A DNA stretch of 32,000 nt from an uncultured archaeon (lineage in GTDB: Archaea > Asgardarchaeota > Thorarchaeia > Thorarchaeales > Thorarchaeaceae): contig CAYHAA010000003.1 in NCBI GenBank assembly GCA_964354495.1, positions 100,507 through 132,506 of the forward strand. Direction: 5' to 3'. Positions 26,488-32,000 of the stretch are shown here, piece after piece. Made by a program: the position numbers and the translations under genes. Numbering within the stretch: position 1 is the first letter of the stretch; every line of letters begins with the position of its first letter. The notes beneath the pieces were generated by a model, which worked only from the letters and a program-made list of their open reading frames with translations, was not told the DNA's origin and made no database searches.

Positions 26488-29400
26488 TTACCGTGCTCTC
26501 CGTCCAAGAATCTGGAAAATCCCTCAAACTGCCCAAGATTTTCGGGCGTGCCATATTCCAACACTAAGAACTTGAGTGCTTGAAGGACGGAGCTCCAACT
26601 ACCATCACCATGTGTGTTTGATATGGTCTGAAGCTGTCTTGCTAAAGTGGAATAGTCTTGCTCCTTTAGACACCTCTCACAGAATCTAGCAATGAGGGGT
26701 GTCTTGATTATTCGTTGAATCTCACTAGATCTCGATACGGTAGGTTCCAGAACTTGCAGATTGTCGTTGTCTTTCTTCTTGCCATGTTCGAGTTGAATGG
26801 CACTATCATCAGGAATTGGTTCATGCTCTTGCAGATGGGGATTCCTCAGGATGATTGGAGTCATGTGTTTCTTGAGGGCTTTGTCTGACACTTCATTGTC
26901 AGGAAATGCACCCTGGATGAATCTGCTGATAGTGAACATCTTGACATTCTTCGGCACACCCTCATGCTGCAAATAGACGACTGCTTCCCCGACTTGCATC
27001 CCTCCAATATGATCCATCTGAGCCTCCGTACATCTCGAATGTCTGCCAACTAGCCTCCGATCTTCACTGTCTGAGAGCGCATGGATTATCAGGTTGACAA
27101 CAATCTTCAGTGCCTGAGGTACCAGGGTCGTTGGTGACTGGTCAGCAATGACCACTCCAAGGCCTGGCCCGCCACCAACACGTAGCAATTCGATGAATGC
27201 GTTTACAGCATGTAGCCTTGCATCTGAGTTGGCCTCGCCGCCAGAGTTCGTAGAACCCAAGAGATAATGGGCCTCCTCCAGTATCAGAAGATTCGTGACA
27301 TTCTTTGTAGGATTTGCCAACTTGTATTCACAGATGCCAGCAGTAAGAATTCCCATGAGGAGAATCTTATCGCTCTCTGACAGAGCATCCATATCGATGA
27401 TGGTCGGGTGGGAGAGAAGTTCCTCTATCGTGATTCCTGTCTTAGTATTGAACATCTCCACAAGTGTATATTTCCTCAAAATGCTTCTGATTCTTTCAAC
27501 TAGAGCCCCAAAGACATTGCTTGAGACCTCATTACCATACGATAACCTTTCATCTTCTTCCTCTAGAGCCTCAATCAGATCCGTGAGGAGAATCGCTCTT
27601 CCTTTGACGTTCTTCTTGAGATTCCAGCCGCATCTTCTGTACATTGTATAGACCACTTTTTCAAAATGCATAGAGATGACGGGGTCGTTTGGCAGCCAGA
27701 GCGTCCATGCCTGAACAATGCGGTCTGCCCATTTTGCCAGAGGGACGTTCTTGGGCGGATTCCATATGTTCAGCAAGAGGTTAGCGATGTCACTCCTGCC
27801 ACATGTAAAGAATCGAATATCGTGGAAGATGTTCAGCAAGAATCGCATCTCGTAGCTCTTCGAAGGCACAAGAAGGATTGGCGTTACCCCCAGTGTGATA
27901 GCCTGTCCAAAGATGCTCATTATAGAAGTAGACTTTCCAGAACGCGTGTTTCCAAGGACCGCCAAATGCATGTTCAGATTCCTGATTTCAGTTGTCACAT
28001 ATGCCTTTGACAGAATGTTTCCGTTCTCATCAATCGGGTGTCCGAAGAATAGGACCGGCTTTCGCTTAACCCACTTGACCTTTGATAGAACGAGTGAGGT
28101 TACTCGGTCAGACTCCTGTTTAACTAAATCCGGCCCTTCACCGACCTCTTTTGTTCCAGATGAGAATTTTTCCCGTTTTGTGACCCGGATATTTGCATCT
28201 TTTCGAGAGATGACTGTGTACACTGTTACTTCATCAGCTGTCAGGATTGTGGACCTACCAACCTGATGGCATGCAAGGAGTCTTTCAACATCCTTTTTTC
28301 TACTCCTGTACTCGATTCGAAACTCTTCATGGTCATTATCAGGTCGAATACCGCCTATTAATGGCACCACAAGACGTCTGACATCAAAGTCTGCTTTAGA
28401 GATATCAGCGGCCCATGAAATAGCTGTTACAGTTGCTTTGTATAGATTCGTATTGGACAACCGTCGAATCTGCCTCTCAAGAAGTTCAGCCTCTTTCTTC
28501 GCATCCAAGTTGATAGAGGTCCTGGACTCCTGATGACTCCCCATCCAGCTAGACTGCTCCCGCGAGATGGTGGTTTCAGATTTCTCAACAAGTTCCTTGA
28601 AACGTTTCTCAAGTGTCTTGATCTTTGACTTGCTCATTTTCATCGGTTCAATGAAGACCTGATAGACACCGTTCTCAAGGTCCTGAAAGACCCCCGTCAT
28701 TGCTTCTAAGGGGTCTTTCCTCTGCTTCTCATCGAGTATTGAGAGTGGAGCACCGGTCATTATTGCAGCACAGCCCTTCTCATTATCATCCAGTCTGATC
28801 TCGGGGAACTTACCTACAGGGTCTAGTCGGAATCCTGGCAGGTTGTGTTGAAGAGCGTCATTCAGGACAGCCAGTTGATGCTTGAGGAGATCTTCATCAG
28901 ACGACCATGTGAAGTAGAAGATGCGTGTGTTCCACTTTGCGCGCTGCATTCGAAAACCAAAGGGGGTAGATGTCAAGGTTCTCGCTACACTGTGAAAGCG
29001 CTCAATCACATCCAAGGAATTATCCCTCATGTTGGCAAAGGCGTAGTCGTGAGGAATTTCCTTGAGTTCAAGTGCAAGTACACTGGTTGATTTCTGTCGG
29101 AATAGTTGGAGCCCCATAGTGCTTGTTTTGATTGTTGTTTCTTTCGCGGATGAGGCGACTAGTCCCGAGTGCAGAGAATCTTTTTGTGTAGGCCAGAGCC
29201 AAGCCAGTGTGAGACCTAGGGAAATGGCCGCTGCCACGACCGCATAGAACGCGTTTCCAAACAAGGGAAAAGGAATGAATGTCAATTGCCAGAGAAGGCT
29301 AAGGATTATTGTTGCCAGACCAATTGCAGATCCTCCGATAATCGAGTATGCCCACACTCGCGCATTCTTGTTCTCTAATAGAACAATCGCTCCAATGAAA

Positions 29401-29570
29401 AACACAATACCTGAGAGTAAGAGAGTAGGACCCACCCAATCTGATGGAACCCAAAAGGTTGTCAGAAGTAGAAACTGAACTCCAACCGCTGGAAGGGCTG
29501 TAAGGAATATGATGCCCATGAATTTGACTATCCAAATCGCCCATGGAGCTGAGTCATTCTCTCCTGTCAT
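26484..29570 (-). CDS. Membrane-anchored HerA/FtsK-superfamily (DUF87/VirB4/VirD4-like) P-loop ATPase with four N-terminal TM helices
   Basis: Walker A AVLGNTRSGKS, Walker B LLILEEAH, and a downstream GLGVVIADQSP motif typical of HerA/FtsK. Four hydrophobic segments in aa ~14-125. Its stop overlaps the next start (ATGA, 26484-26487). Confidence 0.88.
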   Translation of the reverse strand: MTGENDSAPWAIWIVKFMGIIFLTALPAVGVQFLLLTTFWVPSDWVGPTLLLSGIVFFIGAIVLLENKNARVWAYSIIGGSAIGLATIILSLLWQLTFIPFPLFGNAFYAVVAAAISLGLTLAWLWPTQKDSLHSGLVASSAKETTIKTSTMGLQLFRQKSTSVLALELKEIPHDYAFANMRDNSLDVIERFHSVARTLTSTPFGFRMQRAKWNTRIFYFTWSSDEDLLKHQLAVLNDALQHNLPGFRLDPVGKFPEIRLDDNEKGCAAIMTGAPLSILDEKQRKDPLEAMTGVFQDLENGVYQVFIEPMKMSKSKIKTLEKRFKELVEKSETTISREQSSWMGSHQESRTSINLDAKKEAELLERQIRRLSNTNLYKATVTAISWAADISKADFDVRRLVVPLIGGIRPDNDHEEFRIEYRSRKKDVERLLACHQVGRSTILTADEVTVYTVISRKDANIRVTKREKFSSGTKEVGEGPDLVKQESDRVTSLVLSKVKWVKRKPVLFFGHPIDENGNILSKAYVTTEIRNLNMHLAVLGNTRSGKSTSIMSIFGQAITLGVTPILLVPSKSYEMRFLLNIFHDIRFFTCGRSDIANLLLNIWNPPKNVPLAKWADRIVQAWTLWLPNDPVISMHFEKVVYTMYRRCGWNLKKNVKGRAILLTDLIEALEEEDERLSYGNEVSSNVFGALVERIRSILRKYTLVEMFNTKTGITIEELLSHPTIIDMDALSESDKILLMGILTAGICEYKLANPTKNVTNLLILEEAHYLLGSTNSGGEANSDARLHAVNAFIELLRVGGGPGLGVVIADQSPTTLVPQALKIVVNLIIHALSDSEDRRLVGRHSRCTEAQMDHIGGMQVGEAVVYLQHEGVPKNVKMFTISRFIQGAFPDNEVSDKALKKHMTPIILRNPHLQEHEPIPDDSAIQLEHGKKKDNDNLQVLEPTVSRSSEIQRIIKTPLIARFCERCLKEQDYSTLARQLQTISNTHGDGSWSSVLQALKFLVLEYGTPENLGQFEGFSRFLDGEHGK

Positions 29571-30115
29571 CAGCCATCCATCCTACTAGTGTATTGTTCA
29601 CAGCCTTTATTCTCCTCCAAAGACCAATGGAGAATATGAGGAGAAAGAGTGAAGTAACTTTGGGCGATGATAGAAGTCCGATATGCGGTGCTTATGCAGA
29701 TGAAAAGAACATTAGAATCATCTGTGCAGTCAAATCGAGTCTATTAGCCAGCAAATCTGGATTAGAAAGCCTATTGTCATTTTTCTGTATGTATAAAGTG
29801 TCCATACTGCAACATATGAGCGCACCTTCCCGTACTCATAGACCTCAACACACACCGTTGTTTCTCGATCCTCTGCAAGATTCTCGTGTCTGGTGCTATT
29901 GGTAAAAAACACAACTGTATCAGCTCCACTCTCCAAAGAAACCCAAACGATTAGGCCATCGCCCTGAGCTAAATCATACTCATAGAACTCGCGCTACAAG
30001 GGACTCAAAGAAACGTGCCAAGTTCCAAGTATGAAGGCATTGGTTTCCACATGAAGCATTGCGGCAAAACAGATGGATATTGCTATTGACAAACGGTTCT
30101 TCTATTCGTACCCAT
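29554..30115 (-). pseudogene. Probable heavily degraded gene for an exported/membrane-anchored beta-domain protein
   Basis: Piecing frames together gives MGTNRR/LSIAISICFAAMLHV... then in-frame TAG (29994-29996), then REFYEYDLAQGDGLIVWVSLESGADTVVFFTN..., then after a frameshift SA*APHIGL...TSLFLLIFSIGLWRRIKA...DDRRE*. It ends overlapping the ATPase start by 17 nt. At least two frameshifts and two stops are required. Confidence 0.35.
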
Positions 30116-30222
30116 ATCGTTTACCTTCAGTATTCCCAATTTGCTTCTTCCGTATAGCGGTCATTACACATTCGGTTTTCACAAGAAGTACTCGGTGGCT
30201 GAGATAGAATGAGAGTCCGTCT

Positions 30223-30710
30223 TTAGTTTCTATTTGCCAGAACAGAACGTAACTCATCTATCTGGTTTTGTATCTCTTCTGACAATCTATCTCCGTCTTC
30301 CGATATTGCCAACATCCTGAATTGCGTAAGATCGTCAATCAGATATTGAACGCCATCATAATATCCTCTCATTACCACATCACGAAATCTATCGCTTCTT
30401 GCAGCATCCACGCGCCTCTTGATTTGAACCAAACTTCTTCTTTTTTGAGTAGAAAGCTTGAATAATCCAACCAAGGATTTCTATACCGTTTCTCGCTAGC
30501 TGCAAAGCTTAGGCCGATTAGTACGAGTAACACTACCAAGACTATTATAATTGAATACCCTTCTACTGGTGTTTGCGTCGCCAGACTAGCACCTACAAGA
30601 GCAGCCCCTGCTACTGCAATTAATGCTTCTACCATTTTAACAATATAGTAAATCTGTTGTATTCGTGATACTGGAATGGCAGGAATTACTGGACTTCTAT
30701 TATCACTCAT
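30223..30710 (-). pseudogene. Frameshifted two-TM membrane protein of unknown function (ORF-track ORFs 30372-30758 and 30223-30474 are probably one gene)
   Basis: ATG 30710 follows GGAGTTGAAG. Two TM helices, then EKRYR. The second frame continues KSLVGLFKLSTQKRRSLVQIKRR...ELRSVLANRN*. One extra base between about 30442 and 30482 would join them. Confidence 0.6.
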
Positions 30711-30910
30711 TACTTCTTCAACTCCTACTCGCATCCCACTAAATGAAGCAATTTTCAATCTAAGATATAATGATTATCATTTACGGCTCTTAGTTCTCTC
30801 CGGTTTATCTGAGAAAAAGAGCAATATAACTCCGTGTTCGTTGAATCATTAGAAGGCTTAATAAACACAACATCGTCTGAAGGCAGAGTGCTCAAGAGAA
30901 GGTAGATACA

Positions 30911-31105
30911 ATGCCGAAGACCGCGAAAAAGAAAAAAGGAAAGCGCGGGGACGGACCGATGCCGAGCGGTGGAGCCGGCTTGATCAGATTCTTTGAAGAC
31001 GAAACCCCAGGCATCAAGGTGGGTCCCACTGTCGTCGTGATAATCGCAAGTATTCTTCTGGTCGCCACGGTGATTGCACACATATTCTACCAATTAACAA
31101 ACTGA
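30911..31105 (+). CDS. sec61b: Preprotein translocase subunit Sec61beta (archaeal SecG)
   Basis: Basic N-terminus, GAGLIRFFEDETPGIKVGP signature and a single C-terminal TM helix. Confidence 0.93.
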   Translation: MPKTAKKKKGKRGDGPMPSGGAGLIRFFEDETPGIKVGPTVVVIIASILLVATVIAHIFYQLTN

Positions 31106-31200
31106 GCAGGTCAATCTGAGTCACAGATTCAGATGAGCCATGCCCTAAGTGTTATAAGAGACTCTAAGCCGAATCGCACAGTCAAGACAGGTGACTCGCA

Positions 31201-31482
31201 ATGAAGGTAAAAGGCGAACTGAATAAGTACTGTCCCCGCTGCCATAAATACACTGAGCATGCCGTGTCCATCGAGAAGGCTGGAAAGAGACGGAGCATGG
31301 CTCAAGGTGAACGTCGTATGAGGAAGAGGACAAAGGGCTATGGATCATTCCCGAAGCCAATCCAGCACAAGTTCGCCAAGACAACAAAGAAGACTGTTCT
31401 GAAATTCAAGTGCAAGGAATGCAGCCACATCGTTTTGGCCAAGAGTATTCGAATGAAGAAGGTAGAGGTTGAACGAGCGTAA
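31201..31482 (+). CDS. rpl44e: 50S ribosomal protein L44e (eL42)
   Basis: YCPRCHKYTEH...GYGSFPKP...AKTTKKTVLKFKCKEC zinc-ribbon pattern. Confidence 0.96.
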   Translation: MKVKGELNKYCPRCHKYTEHAVSIEKAGKRRSMAQGERRMRKRTKGYGSFPKPIQHKFAKTTKKTVLKFKCKECSHIVLAKSIRMKKVEVERA

Positions 31483-31493
31483 GGTGATTCTTA

Positions 31494-31694
31494 ATGACCA
31501 AGGGAGAGATAGTACAGCAGCCGAATTCGCGGTTCCTTAAGGTGAAGTGTCTTGATTGTGAGAACGAGCAGATTATCTTTGGGAATGCCTCAACAGAAGT
31601 GAAATGTCTTAAGTGTGGAAAACTACTTGCTAAGCCTAGTGGAGGAAGAGCCAAGCTCGAGCCAATTGCAAGAGAAGTTGAAGTCCTTCCGTAA
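31494..31694 (+). CDS. rps27e: 30S ribosomal protein S27e
   Basis: PNSRFLKVKCLDCENEQIIF...VKCLKCGKLLAKPSGGRA. Confidence 0.97.
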   Translation: MTKGEIVQQPNSRFLKVKCLDCENEQIIFGNASTEVKCLKCGKLLAKPSGGRAKLEPIAREVEVLP

Positions 31695-31706
31695 GGAGAA
31701 GAGAGA

Positions 31707-32000
31707 ATGGTATTCAAACGTGGCGAATGGCCGAATGTGGACGACTATGCGATAGCAGTTGCTACCAAGGTCGCCGCATATGGGGCATACGTCACGTTGC
31801 CGGAGTATGGTGACAAGGAGGGCTTCATCCACATCTCCGAAATCAGCAGCACATGGGTCAGAAACATACGTAACCACATCCATGAGAATCTGCGAGTTGT
31901 TGTCAAGATTTTGAAGGTCGATCCTGAGAAGATGCATATTGACTGCTCGCTCAGGCGTGTTTCTAATGAGTCGAAGAGAGCTAAGAACAATGAGTGGAAA
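31707..32000 (+). CDS. eif2a: Translation initiation factor 2 subunit alpha (S1 domain), 3'-truncated; absent from the ORF track
   Basis: Manual translation MVFKRGEWPNVDDYAIAVATKVAAYGAYVTLPEYGDKEGFIHISEISSTWVRNIRNHI... Conserved archaeal order rpl44e-rps27e-eIF2alpha. Confidence 0.96.
   Translation, partial: MVFKRGEWPNVDDYAIAVATKVAAYGAYVTLPEYGDKEGFIHISEISSTWVRNIRNHIHENLRVVVKILKVDPEKMHIDCSLRRVSNESKRAKNNEWK

Noticed and set aside
30755-31990. Minus-strand ORFs over Sec61beta, rpl44e, rps27e and eIF2alpha
   Set aside because: They are antisense to clearly identified housekeeping genes.

Overview
This is an archaeal window. The rpl44e-rps27e-eIF2alpha cluster, Sec61beta and archaeal-type glyA show that directly; an Asgard (Thorarchaeia-like) origin is my inference. 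There are five blocks. (1) 1-14235: a two-gene, minus-strand operon of giant cell-surface proteins. One is a 2244-aa type-I membrane protein (amphipathic helical region, beta-strand region, about 26 TSP3-like Ca-binding repeats, 2 Ig-like domains, TM helix, cytoplasmic tail). The other is a >2499-aa FG-GAP/VCBS beta-propeller protein that the ORF track misses because it runs off the left edge. (2) glyA, followed by an AT-richer island of about 5.5 kb inserted at its 3' end. The glyA tail and mazG are duplicated around the island: a decayed mazG on the left, and a headless glyA tail plus intact mazG on the right. The cargo is a subtilisin, a membrane-tethered wHTH regulator, a PepSY-like exported protein and a nucleotidyltransferase with a possible HEPN-like C-terminus. 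(3) A double-GNAT acetyltransferase. (4) 23053-30710: a translationally coupled pair plus two damaged membrane-protein genes upstream. The pair is a 4-TM HerA/FtsK-type ATPase and a 1144-aa protein built of an acidic N-terminus, a tandem HTH array and a double LAGLIDADG domain. (5) Housekeeping genes Sec61beta, rpl44e, rps27e and eIF2alpha (partial). I saw no rRNA, tRNA, CRISPR array, integrase or transposase. All calls come from reading motifs by eye; no database searches were run.
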